The notes: a model not told the origin generated them from the sequence alone. Counted from the first letter of the stretch, positions 28,451 through 39,075 are shown. The stretch: DNA of 64,000 bases from Flavobacteriales bacterium (GCA_019912395.1 JAIOIH010000085.1:1353-65352), one strand, 5' to 3'. A program made the numbers and translations.

Positions 28451-29092
28451 CTAGATCCAGCAGCGGTCCACGGCATACTTCACCAAACCCGCCACACTGC
28501 GCACATTGATCTTGCCCATCAGGTTCTTCCGGTGGGTCTTTACGGTATCCTCGGAGATCTGCAAGGCGATGGAGATCTCGCCATTAGTGCGCTCCAGGGC
28601 CACCAGGCGGATGATCTCGCGCTCCCGAGCGGTGAGCCCGACGTACTCGCCGTCCACGCGCTTTTCCGTGTAGCGGTACCCTTTGGCGATGCTCTCGCGC
28701 GCAGCCGCACTGATGTAGGTGCCTCCGGCCATCACCGTCCTGATCGCCTCGGCAAGCTCCTCCCGGGGACCGTCCTTCACCACGTAACCGCTCGCTCCCT
28801 CGATCAGCATGCTGTTCACATATTCGATCTGCCGTAGGACCGAATGCGCCAACACCTTTACGCCGGGACTATGCAAGTGGAGATGCCGCGTGGTGTCGAT
28901 GCCGTCCATTTCGTGAAGGGAAACATCGATGAGCACCAGGTCCGCCTGGGTGGAACGCAGCATGTCCAGCAATTCCTTGCCCGTCTTGGAATGGCCCACC
29001 ACCTTGATATCAGGCGAGGAGGCCAAGCGAGCGGCGATCCCGATGGCCACCAATTCCTGCGTGTCAACTACGATAACCCGGATACTTTCCAT
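28451..29092 (-). CDS. NarL/LuxR family response regulator
   Basis: Receiver domain (VLID, GASGYVVK) plus LTAREREII...TVKTHRKNLMGK HTH. Confidence 0.93.
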   Translation of the reverse strand: MESIRVIVVDTQELVAIGIAARLASSPDIKVVGHSKTGKELLDMLRSTQADLVLIDVSLHEMDGIDTTRHLHLHSPGVKVLAHSVLRQIEYVNSMLIEGASGYVVKDGPREELAEAIRTVMAGGTYISAAARESIAKGYRYTEKRVDGEYVGLTAREREIIRLVALERTNGEISIALQISEDTVKTHRKNLMGKINVRSVAGLVKYAVDRCWI

Positions 29093-29310
29093 TGTGGATG
29101 GGAATAAACAACGCCTGCAAGATACAGCGGATCCACGGGCGATCCTTCACCGAACGCCAAGCGTGCCGGCCAGCGGCGTTTTACGCTGGAGCTTGGGAAT
29201 GGTGCCGGGGCTCGGGGCCGAATGAAAAACCTCCGGGTACCTTACCTTGCCAACGTGCCGGTGACGATGAAGTCGTCAACCCCCGGAGCCGTTCCGTTCA
29301 CCTTTAAACC

Positions 29311-31743
29311 ATGTCCAGTGAATCAGAAGCCAACACCACCACAACTCCGGTAGTTCCTCGACCAAACGCGAACTTGGGCGCCATGCTCAGTGACACTGCC
29401 CTAGAGACCACCGAAATGGCCGCGCTCGCCGCACGCTTCGTCAACAGCACGGCGCGGCACGTCTTCCTTACCGGCAAGGCGGGTACCGGCAAGACCACCT
29501 TCCTGCACCAGCTCGCGCGAAGCACCCACAAGCGCTTCGTGATCCTGGCGCCCACGGGCATCGCGGCGCTCAACGCGAAGGGTGTCACCATTCATTCCCA
29601 GTTCCTCCTTCCCTTCGGCTCCTTCATTCCCGAACGGCAGCTGCCTGCGGACATTCCACCCTACGGTGCCTTCCACGATCGCGATACGCTCAATCGTCGG
29701 CATCCGCTGAATGCCATACGGCGCAATGTGTTGCGGGGCATCGATCTGCTGATCATCGACGAGGTGAGCATGCTGCGAGCGGACCTGCTGGACGCCATCG
29801 ATCAACGCATGCGCAGCGTGCGCGGTGTGCATGATCGTTCCTTCGGGGGGGTGCAGCTGTTGATGATCGGCGATCTCTTCCAATTGCCGCCTGTAGTGAA
29901 AGAGGATGAATGGCGCGTGCTGCGGAAATGGTACGACAGCGCCCACTTCTTCGAGGCCAGGGCGCTCAAGGAGGCAGGCTACGCGCACATCGAACTGGAC
30001 AAGATCTTCCGCCAGCAGGACGGTGACTTCATCGCCATCCTCAACAACCTGCGCAACAACACGGTGACCGCACAGGACGTGGCGACACTGAACACGCATT
30101 ACCGCGCGATCATTCCGCCCAGTGCATCCGAGGGTGTGATCACCCTCACCACCCACAACCGCAGTGCGGACGAGATCAACCAGCGCGCGCTGGACAAGCT
30201 CCCGGGCCGGTCCCATCGCTTCCTTGCCAAGGTGGAAGGGGATTTCCCCAAGAGCATGATCCCCGTGCTGGAGGACCTGGAGCTGAAGACGGGCGCGCAG
30301 ATCATGTTCATCCGCAACGATCCGGAGAAAGCCTACTTCAATGGCAAGCTAGCGAAGGTGACCGCTATCGAGGGGGAGAAGATCTCCGTGGAGATGATCG
30401 ATGATGGCTTGCCCTATACCTTGAAGAAGGAGACATGGGAGAACAAGCGCTACACGGTGAACGCCGCGACGAAGGAGCAGCAGGAAGAGGTACTAGGCAC
30501 CTATGAACAATATCCGGTGAAGCTCGCTTGGGCGATCACCGTACACAAAAGCCAGGGCCTCACCTTCGACAAGGCCATCATCGATGTGGGCAGCGCCTTC
30601 GCGCCGGGGCAGGTCTATGTCGCGCTCTCTCGATTGCGCACCTTGGGCGGCCTCACCTTGCGCACCCGCATCGATCCATCGGTGGTGAGCACGGACAAGG
30701 ACGTGATCGCCTTCAGTGAGCGGCAATACACCCAGCAACCGCTTCCCGAGCAACTGAAGGACCAGCAGCGGCACTACTTGCAGGCCGTGCTCTCCAGCAC
30801 GTTTGACCTGGGCGATATCCTGAAGAAAGTGGGCTTTACGCGGAAGGACCATGCCGAGGTGAGCGAATTCGAGGACGAGAGCATGAAGACCGCCTTGAGC
30901 CGCTTCGCCGATAAACTGGAGAAGGAAGCGGCCAACACGCACACCTTCCAGCACCAGCTGCTGCGCCTCTTGCACGCGGACGAACACACCACGCTCCTGG
31001 AGCGCATCGCGAAGGGAAGTGCATACTACGGCACCATGCTCCGCGATGCCATGAAGGACCTGCTGCAGCACCTCGCCCAAGTGGAGCAACTGAGCCGCAC
31101 CAAGGAATACGCATCGGACCTGCGCGAGCTTGATGGCATGTTGGTGAAGAAGCTCGGAATGATCGCCAAGGCGGAGCAACTCACCGCCTGCATCCTCAAG
31201 GGTGAGGACATCAAGCCGATGACGGAGCTGGAGAAGACCCTGAGTGAGCAGCGTATGGCCATGATCGCGGAGATCGCGCAATGGGCCGAGGAGAACAAGC
31301 CGAAGACCAGCACCAAGACCGGTAGGAAACGAGCAAGCCGATCGGAGGACGGCGTGTTCGTTGCCAAGAAGAAACGCGAGCGCAAAGGCAAAACGGTGAA
31401 GGGGGAGACCTACCGGAAAACCTATGCTTTATTGCAGGAAGGCAAGGACCTGGCCGCGGTGGCCAAAGAGCGGGAACTGACTGTGAGCACCATAGAAGGA
31501 CATGCCGCGAAAGGGATCGCCGCCGGTGAGGTGGAGATCGGCCAAGTGCTTGCCGACAGCATCCGCGACAAGGTCGCGGACTACATCCGCGCCAATGCGG
31601 AAGTGGGGACCAAGGACGTGCGCACGCATTTCGGCGATGCGTATAGCTTCGGGCAGATCCACATGGTGCAGGCGTGGCTGAAGCTGGAGGAACAGGACCC
31701 TGTGGTCCCGGACGGATCGGTCGATCGTGAATTGAAGACGTGA
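29311..31743 (+). CDS. PIF1/RecD-like SF1 helicase with C-terminal HTH
   Basis: TGKAGTGKTT, APTGIAA, IIDEVSM, GDLFQLPPV, AWAITVHKSQGLT, YVALSR. Alternative start at 29383. Confidence 0.92.
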   Translation: MSSESEANTTTTPVVPRPNANLGAMLSDTALETTEMAALAARFVNSTARHVFLTGKAGTGKTTFLHQLARSTHKRFVILAPTGIAALNAKGVTIHSQFLLPFGSFIPERQLPADIPPYGAFHDRDTLNRRHPLNAIRRNVLRGIDLLIIDEVSMLRADLLDAIDQRMRSVRGVHDRSFGGVQLLMIGDLFQLPPVVKEDEWRVLRKWYDSAHFFEARALKEAGYAHIELDKIFRQQDGDFIAILNNLRNNTVTAQDVATLNTHYRAIIPPSASEGVITLTTHNRSADEINQRALDKLPGRSHRFLAKVEGDFPKSMIPVLEDLELKTGAQIMFIRNDPEKAYFNGKLAKVTAIEGEKISVEMIDDGLPYTLKKETWENKRYTVNAATKEQQEEVLGTYEQYPVKLAWAITVHKSQGLTFDKAIIDVGSAFAPGQVYVALSRLRTLGGLTLRTRIDPSVVSTDKDVIAFSERQYTQQPLPEQLKDQQRHYLQAVLSSTFDLGDILKKVGFTRKDHAEVSEFEDESMKTALSRFADKLEKEAANTHTFQHQLLRLLHADEHTTLLERIAKGSAYYGTMLRDAMKDLLQHLAQVEQLSRTKEYASDLRELDGMLVKKLGMIAKAEQLTACILKGEDIKPMTELEKTLSEQRMAMIAEIAQWAEENKPKTSTKTGRKRASRSEDGVFVAKKKRERKGKTVKGETYRKTYALLQEGKDLAAVAKERELTVSTIEGHAAKGIAAGEVEIGQVLADSIRDKVADYIRANAEVGTKDVRTHFGDAYSFGQIHMVQAWLKLEEQDPVVPDGSVDRELKT

Positions 31744-31847
31744 ACGGCCCCGTGTACTCCTCCCGATCTTTATTATTCACCGATCGTCGGGCGACCCTCC
31801 GTACCGGATTACCTTTGCGCCGTTAAAAACAAACACAGTAGAGTACA

Positions 31848-32039
31848 ATGGCAAGTGGTAAAGTAAAGTTCTTCAACACGGAGAAAGGATTCGGTTTCAT
31901 TACTCCGGACGAAGGCGGTAAGGACGTATTCGTCCATAAGACAGGCACCAGCGAATCCCTCTGGGAAGGTGATGCCGTCACCTACGAAGTGGAAGAGACC
32001 CCCAAGGGCCTCAGCGCGATCGACGTGCGCAAGGCCTAA
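31848..32039 (+). CDS. Cold-shock domain protein
   Basis: GKVKFFN, KGFGFI, DVFVH. Confidence 0.96.
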   Translation: MASGKVKFFNTEKGFGFITPDEGGKDVFVHKTGTSESLWEGDAVTYEVEETPKGLSAIDVRKA

Positions 32040-32063
32040 GGGTACTTACGTTCCGAGAATTAG

Positions 32064-32095
32064 GAAGCCCCGGCCTTGGTCGGGGCTTCGTCTTT
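32064..32095 (+). terminator. Intrinsic terminator
   Basis: GAAGCCCCGGCC-TT-GGTCGGGGCTTC plus GTCTTT. Confidence 0.7.
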
Positions 32096-32188
32096 GTCCC
32101 CTCAGCGGTCTTCCACGTACGGCGGAGACCCTGAGGTAACCAACACCGGGCATCAAGGTCCACTTCGTGAGACCTTGATGGAGCAAGA

Positions 32189-33106
32189 TCACACCGGCTG
32201 CGCCGCGTACTTGGCCTTTCCGTACTGTTTCGTGTAGAGGTCGTACACAATGCCATCCGCCAAGCCCACCTTGGGGACGAAGACCTCCTCGATCCCGGCC
32301 TCCTCCATCACGCGCAGAAAAATGTTCGCCGCCGGAATGATCACGTCCGCGCGGTCCGGGCGCAGGCGAAGTTGCTTCACGCGGTCCTCGAAGCTGTAGG
32401 CGGCAATGCGGTCCCGCTGCTTGCGGATATCCGCTCGCGACAGGGGTTCGCCGTAGCCATTCCGGTTCTCCTTGAAGATGCGGTTGATATTGCCGCCGGT
32501 ACCGATCGCCGTGAGCTTGGCACCACTGGAGCGGATCTCCGAAAGGAAACCGCTCATGGCAACCCACTCGCTTTCATCCACTTTGTGCTGGAGCAAACGC
32601 ACAGTGCCTACCTTGAACGAGGAGGAGTGCTTCCGTCTTCCATTCGCGATCCAGGTGAGCTCGGTACTTCCACCACCCACGTCGATGTAGAGATAGCTCC
32701 GGTCCTTCAGCAGGTCCTGTGTCCAGAAGGTGCTCATGATCAGGTCCGCCTCCATGCGCCCATCGATCAGCTCGATGCGGATGCCGCTCTCCTTCTCCAC
32801 GCGGGCCAGCACCTCGGCGCTGTTGGTGGCCTCGCGCATGGCGCTAGTGGCACAGCAGCGCAGGTAATGAGCGCCATGCACTTCGGTGAGGAGCCGGAAG
32901 GCCTTCAAGGCCTTGATGAGCTGGTCACGCTTCGCCGGGCTGATGGCGCCATTGTCGAACACGTCCGCACCCAAGCGGATCGGTACGCGCACCAATGAGG
33001 TCTTCTTGATCACCGGGTGATCATCGCGTTCCACCACATCGCCGATAAGCAAGCGCACCGCGTTGGAACCGATGTCGATGGCGGCGTATGTAAGGTCGCG
33101 ACTGAT
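32189..33106 (-). CDS. ppx: Ppx/GppA family exopolyphosphatase (probable ATC start)
   Basis: AAIDIGSNAVRL, CATSAMREATN, IDVGGGSTE, DRADVI, GLADG. No ATG/GTG/TTG lies between the TACCTTCGC motif and the first conserved strand. Confidence 0.88.
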   Translation of the reverse strand: MSRDLTYAAIDIGSNAVRLLIGDVVERDDHPVIKKTSLVRVPIRLGADVFDNGAISPAKRDQLIKALKAFRLLTEVHGAHYLRCCATSAMREATNSAEVLARVEKESGIRIELIDGRMEADLIMSTFWTQDLLKDRSYLYIDVGGGSTELTWIANGRRKHSSSFKVGTVRLLQHKVDESEWVAMSGFLSEIRSSGAKLTAIGTGGNINRIFKENRNGYGEPLSRADIRKQRDRIAAYSFEDRVKQLRLRPDRADVIIPAANIFLRVMEEAGIEEVFVPKVGLADGIVYDLYTKQYGKAKYAAQPV

Positions 33107-33301
33107 GGTGCGAAGGTAGGAGCGGGAGTTCGGAGGACGGCCCCATCGGTTACCGGCGACCGGGCTTTCCAGGCGATCAAGGAGAAGGAGAGGTGAGCTC
33201 GATAATGGCCATATGGGCGTTCGGCACCAACACGAAATGTCGTGTTGTGGTGCGGCTAAAAATGAAAAGACTTTCTTTGGCGGCTCACCGCAACCGGGAA
33301 C

Positions 33302-34831
33302 ATGGCCGAAACGACCAAACGCAGCGGGGTGGACCGCTTTCTCTCCATTATTGAACGGGCCGGGAACGCCCTGCCGCACCCTGCGACCCTCTTTGCGTTG
33401 CTCGCCTTTCTGGTGGTGCTGCTCAGCGGCCTCTTCAGCCTGACCGGTATCTCCGCGTTGCATCCCGGTACGGGTGAGACGATCACACCCTTCAACCTGC
33501 TCTCGGTGGAAGGCCTGCACATGATCCTGACCAAGATGGTGGTGAACTTCACGGCCTTCGCTCCCTTGGGTACCGTGCTCGTGGCCATGCTCGGCATCGG
33601 CATTGCGGAAGGCAGCGGTTTGATCGGTGCCGTGATGCGCGCGCTGGTGATGGCCTCGCCGAAGAAGCTGCTCACCTTCGTGGTCGTCTTCGCCGGTGTG
33701 TTGAGCAATACTGCCAGCGAGGTCGGCTATGTGCTGCTCGTGCCTCTGGCGGCAGTGATCTTCCTTGCGGCCGGGCGCCATCCGCTGGCGGGTCTTGCAG
33801 CAGCCTTCGCCGGTGTCAGCGGCGGATACAGTGCGAACCTGCTGCTCGGCACGATCGACCCGTTGCTTGCCGGACTGAGCCAGGAAGCAGCACGCATCAT
33901 CGATCCCACCTACTTGGTGAATCCCGCCTGCAATTACTACTTCATGTTCGTGAGCACCTTCCTGATCGCCGGGTTGGGCACCTGGGTCACGGAACGGATC
34001 GTGATACCACGATTGGGTGAATACAAAGGCGATGAGAAACCCGAAGAGCTCCGCAATGCGACAGCTGCTGAGAAACGCGGCATGAAATGGGCCTCGGTGG
34101 CGGTACTGATCTTCACCGCTGTGATCCTCGCCGGACTGCTACCCGCCGAAGGATTCCTGCGCGACCCGGAGACACACGAGATCCTGCATTCCCCGTTCAT
34201 GAGCGGTATCGTGGCGATGATCTTCATCAGCGCCGCGATCGCAGGTATCGCCTACGGTGTGGGTGCAAAGACCTTCAAGAGCGACAGCGATGTGATGGAC
34301 GGCATGGCGAAAAGCATGGAGACGCTCGGCAGCTACATCGTGCTCGTGTTCTTCGCCGCACAGTTCGTGGCCTATTTCAACTGGACCAACCTCGGCCTGA
34401 TCCTCGCCATCAAAGGTGCCGATGTGCTGAAGGCAGCGGACCTCGGTCCGATCGCCTTGATGTTGAGCTTCGTGATCGTCAGCGCGATGATCAACATGGT
34501 GATGGGCAGCGCCTCAGCGAAGTGGGCGATCATGGGACCGGTCTTCATCCCCATGTTCATGCTGCTAGGCTACACACCGGAGTTCACACAGATGGCGTAC
34601 CGCGTCGGCGATAGCGTCACCAACATCATCAGCCCCATGATGAGCTACTTCGCTTTGATCGTGGCCTTCATCGCACGGTATGACAAGAAGGCGGGGATCG
34701 GCACGGTGATCAGCACGATGCTCCCCTACTCCGTTGTGTTCCTGATCGGCTGGAGTGTGCTCTTGATCATCTGGGTTTGGCTTGAGTTGCCCATCGGCCC
34801 GGGTGCACCGATGTTCATGCCGGGTTCTTGA
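33302..34831 (+). CDS. AbgT family transporter
   Basis: [59 protein letters not shown]. Confidence 0.95.
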   Translation: MAETTKRSGVDRFLSIIERAGNALPHPATLFALLAFLVVLLSGLFSLTGISALHPGTGETITPFNLLSVEGLHMILTKMVVNFTAFAPLGTVLVAMLGIGIAEGSGLIGAVMRALVMASPKKLLTFVVVFAGVLSNTASEVGYVLLVPLAAVIFLAAGRHPLAGLAAAFAGVSGGYSANLLLGTIDPLLAGLSQEAARIIDPTYLVNPACNYYFMFVSTFLIAGLGTWVTERIVIPRLGEYKGDEKPEELRNATAAEKRGMKWASVAVLIFTAVILAGLLPAEGFLRDPETHEILHSPFMSGIVAMIFISAAIAGIAYGVGAKTFKSDSDVMDGMAKSMETLGSYIVLVFFAAQFVAYFNWTNLGLILAIKGADVLKAADLGPIALMLSFVIVSAMINMVMGSASAKWAIMGPVFIPMFMLLGYTPEFTQMAYRVGDSVTNIISPMMSYFALIVAFIARYDKKAGIGTVISTMLPYSVVFLIGWSVLLIIWVWLELPIGPGAPMFMPGS

Positions 34832-34832
34832 G

Positions 34833-35069
34833 TGATCGGACGATCAGAAAATCAGACGATCGGAAAATGATGGTCGCGTCGTCTGGTGCTCTTGGCTGAA
34901 CTGTTGCTTCCGTGTGGCGAGAATGCGGGGCTGTCCTATGTCCTATGTCTTTTGTCCTATGCTTCGACCAGCGGTGCATAGGACAAAAGACATAGGACAA
35001 AAATCAATACCTCTGAAGTTCTGTCACGAGAACGGTACTCAATCATCTGATCTTCTGATCGTCCGACCG
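34833..35069. repeat. Nested repeats: inverted octamer (nGATCAGA) tracts around a heptamer palindrome
   Basis: Octamer tracts at 34833-34872 and inverted at 35038-35069; TGTCCTA palindrome at 34932-34999. Confidence 0.8.
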
Positions 35070-35074
35070 ACCCT

Positions 35075-37744
35075 CTACCCGAGCACCGCCAAGCGCTCCT
35101 CGATCGCTTTGATCTTCGCCTCGGCATCGGCTTTCTTTTTGCGCTCGTTCTCCAGCACCTGCGGTGGTGCACCGCTCACGAAGCGTTCGTTGCTGAGCTT
35201 CTTCTCCACGCTGGCGAGAAAGCCCTTGGCGTATTTAAGTTCTTCCTCGGCCTTTTTGCGCTCGGCCTCGCTGTCCACATTGTCGCCGAGGTCTGCGGCG
35301 TATTCCGTGGTGCCCACGAGAAAGCTGATCGAACCGGCAGTGGGTGCGACAACTGTTTCGATCGCGGACACGTTCGCCAATTTCCCAACGAGCGCTTGTG
35401 TGGCCTCACCCAACGGGGATGTGCCTTTCACTTGCAAGGCCAGTGCTTCCTTCTGGCTGATGCTTCGCTCATTGCGCGTGTTGCGCACGGCGGTCACGAG
35501 GTCAAAGGCGTGTTGCATCTCGGCTTCCAGCTTGGGATCGCCGGTTCCGCTTTTCGGCCATTGGGCGATGATCACGGCATCCTTCGGGCTTTTGCGTTCA
35601 TTCAGGTGGCTCCATAGTTCCTCGGTCAGGAACGGCATGAAGGGATGGAGCAACTTCATCACGTCCTCGAACATGGCGATGGTGGCTGCGTACGTCGTGC
35701 GATCGATCGGTGCTGCAACGCCGTCAACGAAAGCAGGCTTGATGCTTTCCAAGTACCAACTGCAGAGATCGTCCCAGATCAGTTTGTACGTCGCCATCAG
35801 GGCCTCGCTGATCCGGAACTGCGCGAAGAGCCCATCGATCTCCGCAGTGGTCCGCGCGACACGACTGTGCAACCACGCTACCGCGGCGGCGCTCGACGCT
35901 GGTTGTTCGCGACCGTCCACGCTCCAACCTTTCACAAGTCGGAAGGCGTTCCAGATCTTGTTGCTGAAGTTCCTTCCCTGTTCACACAAGGAATCATCGT
36001 AGGGCAGATCGTTGCCTGCTGGTGAGGTGAGCAACATGCCCACGCGCACTCCGTCCGCGCCGTACTTCTCGATCAGCTCCAGCGGGTCCGGGCTGTTGCC
36101 CAGGCTCTTGCTCATCTTGCGTCCGATCTTATCGCGGACGATGCCGGTGAGGTACACGTTCCTGAACGGCACTTCCTTGCGGTATTCCAAGCCCGCCATG
36201 ATCATCCGCGCCACCCAGAAGAAGAGGATCTCCGGTGCGGTCACCAGATCGTTCGTCGGGTAGTAGTATTTGATGTCCGCGTTGTCCGGGTCCTTGAAGC
36301 CGTCGAATACGCTGATCGGCCAGAGCCAACTACTGAACCAGGTGTCCATGACATCCTCGTCCTGCTTCAAGCCGGTGGCATCCTGTCCCTTTGAAGTGAA
36401 CCACGAGATCGCTTCCGCCTCGGTCTTGCACACGGCCACATCGCCCTTCGCGTTGTACCACGCCGGGATCCGCTGGCCCCACCACAACTGGCGACTGATG
36501 CACCAGTCGCGCACGTTCTCCATCCAGTGGCGATAGGTGTTCGTGAATTTCTGCGGATGCAGTTTCACCGTGCCGTCCAACACCACATCGAGCGCTGGCT
36601 TGGCCAGTTGGTCCATCTTCAGGAACCACTGCAAGCTGAGGCGCGGTTCGATCACCGCGTCGGTGCGCTCGCTGTAGCCCACCTTGTTCACGATGTCCTC
36701 GGTCTTCACCAAGTGCTCCTTCGCCTCCAGCTCCTTCGCGATCTTCTTGCGCACGATGAAGCGATCCTCGCCAACGTAGAGTTGCGCTGCAGCGCTCATC
36801 GTCCCGTTCGGCTCCAGGATGTCGATCGATTCCAGCTTGTGCTTCTTGCCCAGCTCCTGGTCGTTCACGTCGTGCGCCGGGGTCACCTTTAACGCACCCG
36901 TTCCGAATTCGCGCTCCACGTACTCGTCGAAGATCACCGGGATGCTCCGGTTGATCAGCGGGACCAGCACGCGCTTTCCCTTCAAGTGGGCATAGCGCTC
37001 GTCCTCGGGATGCACTGCAACAGCAGTATCACCCAGAATGGTTTCAGGACGTGTAGTGGCAATGGTGATCCATTCCGTCTCGCCGTCAATTTTCTGATCT
37101 TCTGATCCACTGGTCGTCTGATCCACCCGGTAGCGCACGTGGTACAGCTTGGAGTTGACCTCCTTGTGGACCACCTCCTCATCACTCACCGCCGTCAGTG
37201 CAACGGGATCCCAGTTCACCATGCGCAGGCCCCGGTACACCAGTCCTTTCTTGTGCAGGTCGATGAAGACATCGATCACGGCCTCGCTGAGCGCGGGCTC
37301 CATGGTGAAGCGTGTGCGGTCCCAGTCGCAACTCGCACCCAACTTCTTTAGTTGCTCGAGGATGGTGCCGCCGTACTTCTCCTTCCACGCGAACGCATGC
37401 TTCAGGAATTCCTCCCGACCGATCGTGCTCTTCTTGATCCCCTGTTCCGCCAGCAGTCGCACCACTTTGGCTTCGGTGGCGATGCTCGCATGGTCGGTCC
37501 CCGGCACCCAGCAGGCGTTCTTGCCCTGCATCCGCGCGCGGCGGACCAGTACGTCCTGGATGGTGTTGTTGAGCATATGGCCCATGTGCAACACGCCCGT
37601 CACGTTCGGCGGCGGGATCACCACGGTGTACGGCTCGCGCTCGTCCGGCACGGAGCGGAAATAGCCGTTGTCCAGCCAATACTGGTACCACTTGTTCTCG
37701 ATGGCTTTCGCCTCGTAACGCTTGGGAAGTTCCATCTTTTCCAT
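35075..37744 (-). CDS. valS: Valine--tRNA ligase
   Basis: PPPNVTGVLHMGH, TTRPET, DWCISRQLWWG, KMSKS, C-terminal coiled coil. Start at 37744 or 37735. Confidence 0.98.
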   Translation of the reverse strand: MEKMELPKRYEAKAIENKWYQYWLDNGYFRSVPDEREPYTVVIPPPNVTGVLHMGHMLNNTIQDVLVRRARMQGKNACWVPGTDHASIATEAKVVRLLAEQGIKKSTIGREEFLKHAFAWKEKYGGTILEQLKKLGASCDWDRTRFTMEPALSEAVIDVFIDLHKKGLVYRGLRMVNWDPVALTAVSDEEVVHKEVNSKLYHVRYRVDQTTSGSEDQKIDGETEWITIATTRPETILGDTAVAVHPEDERYAHLKGKRVLVPLINRSIPVIFDEYVEREFGTGALKVTPAHDVNDQELGKKHKLESIDILEPNGTMSAAAQLYVGEDRFIVRKKIAKELEAKEHLVKTEDIVNKVGYSERTDAVIEPRLSLQWFLKMDQLAKPALDVVLDGTVKLHPQKFTNTYRHWMENVRDWCISRQLWWGQRIPAWYNAKGDVAVCKTEAEAISWFTSKGQDATGLKQDEDVMDTWFSSWLWPISVFDGFKDPDNADIKYYYPTNDLVTAPEILFFWVARMIMAGLEYRKEVPFRNVYLTGIVRDKIGRKMSKSLGNSPDPLELIEKYGADGVRVGMLLTSPAGNDLPYDDSLCEQGRNFSNKIWNAFRLVKGWSVDGREQPASSAAAVAWLHSRVARTTAEIDGLFAQFRISEALMATYKLIWDDLCSWYLESIKPAFVDGVAAPIDRTTYAATIAMFEDVMKLLHPFMPFLTEELWSHLNERKSPKDAVIIAQWPKSGTGDPKLEAEMQHAFDLVTAVRNTRNERSISQKEALALQVKGTSPLGEATQALVGKLANVSAIETVVAPTAGSISFLVGTTEYAADLGDNVDSEAERKKAEEELKYAKGFLASVEKKLSNERFVSGAPPQVLENERKKKADAEAKIKAIEERLAVLG

Positions 37745-37910
37745 CAGGGCCGCGAAGGTAATCCGGAGGGTGGCCGCAGGTGTTGTTGGAATTTTTACCG
37801 CAATGACGCAACGAGCGCAATGGGAACGCAACGTGACCGTATGCGAACTTGCACTTGCTCATCCCCAGATCCGTGGAAGTTTGCACGTCCGAAGGAGTCG
37901 CGGCCAAGCG

Positions 37911-37948
37911 TTTTACATTCTACATTTTACATTCTACATTTTTCATTT
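37911..37948. repeat. Heptamer tandem repeat (TACATTY)n
   Basis: TTTTACATTCTACATTTTACATTCTACATTTTTCATTT just downstream of holA. Confidence 0.8.
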
Positions 37949-37962
37949 CCTCCCGCTTCCCC

Positions 37963-38976
37963 TCACACCATCACTCGCACGAGCAACTCCCGCAGCAGCT
38001 CCCCGCCATCGGCGCTGGTGTTCCCCACGCCTTTGCTGCGGAGGTCCGCTTCGCGCAGCAGGTGCTGCACCTCGCGCAATTTTTCCGGCGGATAGAAGCG
38101 CGCGGCGTTGGCATAGTCCTTCACGAAGAAGGGAGGCACCTTCAACGCGTCAGCCAATTCACCTTGCTGCTTGCCGTGGTTGGCGTGTACGATACCCAGC
38201 TTGCTGAAGTAGGAGCTGAGCAGGCCCACGGTGAGGACCATGGGAGAATCCTTGTCGGTGGACAGGAAGTGCGCGATGCGTTGGGCCCGGGGATGGTCCT
38301 TTGCTCCGATGGCCTTTTGCAGCTCGAAGATGTTGTAGTCCTTGCTGATGCCCACGTTGCGTTCGATCAGCTCACCGGTGATGGTGCCACCCTCCTCGAT
38401 CACAATGCAGAGCTTTTCCACTTCGTTCGTGAGCTTGCCCAGATCGCTGCCGAGATGGTCCGCCAACAGTTTTGACTCCACCGGCCCGATCCGTCGCTTG
38501 TGGAAGGTGACGTACTTCTGGATCCATTCCGGCAGCTTTTCCTCCTTGAGCTTGTCGCTGGTGAATACCACCTGTTTTTTCGCAAGGTCCTTCAGCCATG
38601 CCTTGCGACCGTCCGCCTTCTTGTGCTTGTAGCAGATCACCAGCACCGTGGTGGGCATGGGGTTCTTGAAGTAGGCCTCCAGCTTGTCGAAGGCATCGAT
38701 CCGCCAAGTCTGCGCTTCGCGAAGCACCACTACCTGTCGCTCCGCCATCATGGGATAACGCAGGCAGGCATCCTTCACGGTTTCCGGGTCGGTATCACGA
38801 CCATAGAAGATCGTGAGGTTGAAATCCTTCTCGTGTTCCTGCAAGGCATGCAGTTCGATCTCCGCCGCCAGGCGATCGATGAAGAACGGCTCTTCGCCGT
38901 GCAGGAAATAAATTGGTTTGAACGCGCCAGCGGTGAAATCCTTCCGGATCTTCTTGAAATCGTCCGCTGTCCTCAT
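37963..38976 (-). CDS. holA: DNA polymerase III delta subunit
   Basis: KPIYFLHGEEPFFID, DFNLTIFYG, YPMMAERQVV, GISKDYNIFEL. Confidence 0.93.
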   Translation of the reverse strand: MRTADDFKKIRKDFTAGAFKPIYFLHGEEPFFIDRLAAEIELHALQEHEKDFNLTIFYGRDTDPETVKDACLRYPMMAERQVVVLREAQTWRIDAFDKLEAYFKNPMPTTVLVICYKHKKADGRKAWLKDLAKKQVVFTSDKLKEEKLPEWIQKYVTFHKRRIGPVESKLLADHLGSDLGKLTNEVEKLCIVIEEGGTITGELIERNVGISKDYNIFELQKAIGAKDHPRAQRIAHFLSTDKDSPMVLTVGLLSSYFSKLGIVHANHGKQQGELADALKVPPFFVKDYANAARFYPPEKLREVQHLLREADLRSKGVGNTSADGGELLRELLVRVMV

Positions 38977-39075
38977 GGTACCAAGGTATTCATTCCGACC
39001 GGCCGTTCGCGCACATTCAGATCAGCGTTGATCTGTTCTTTCAGCGTCATCTGCGTTCCATTCGGCTCACTTGTC

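Noticed and set aside
29311..31743. Helicase as part of an anti-phage system
   Set aside because: It is a stand-alone PIF1-like/HTH helicase of a type common in Bacteroidota, with no partner nuclease or defence-island context.
33107..33781. Long N-terminal extension of Ppx (530-aa ORF)
   Set aside because: It is mostly the antisense shadow of the abgT-family gene and is not domain-like.
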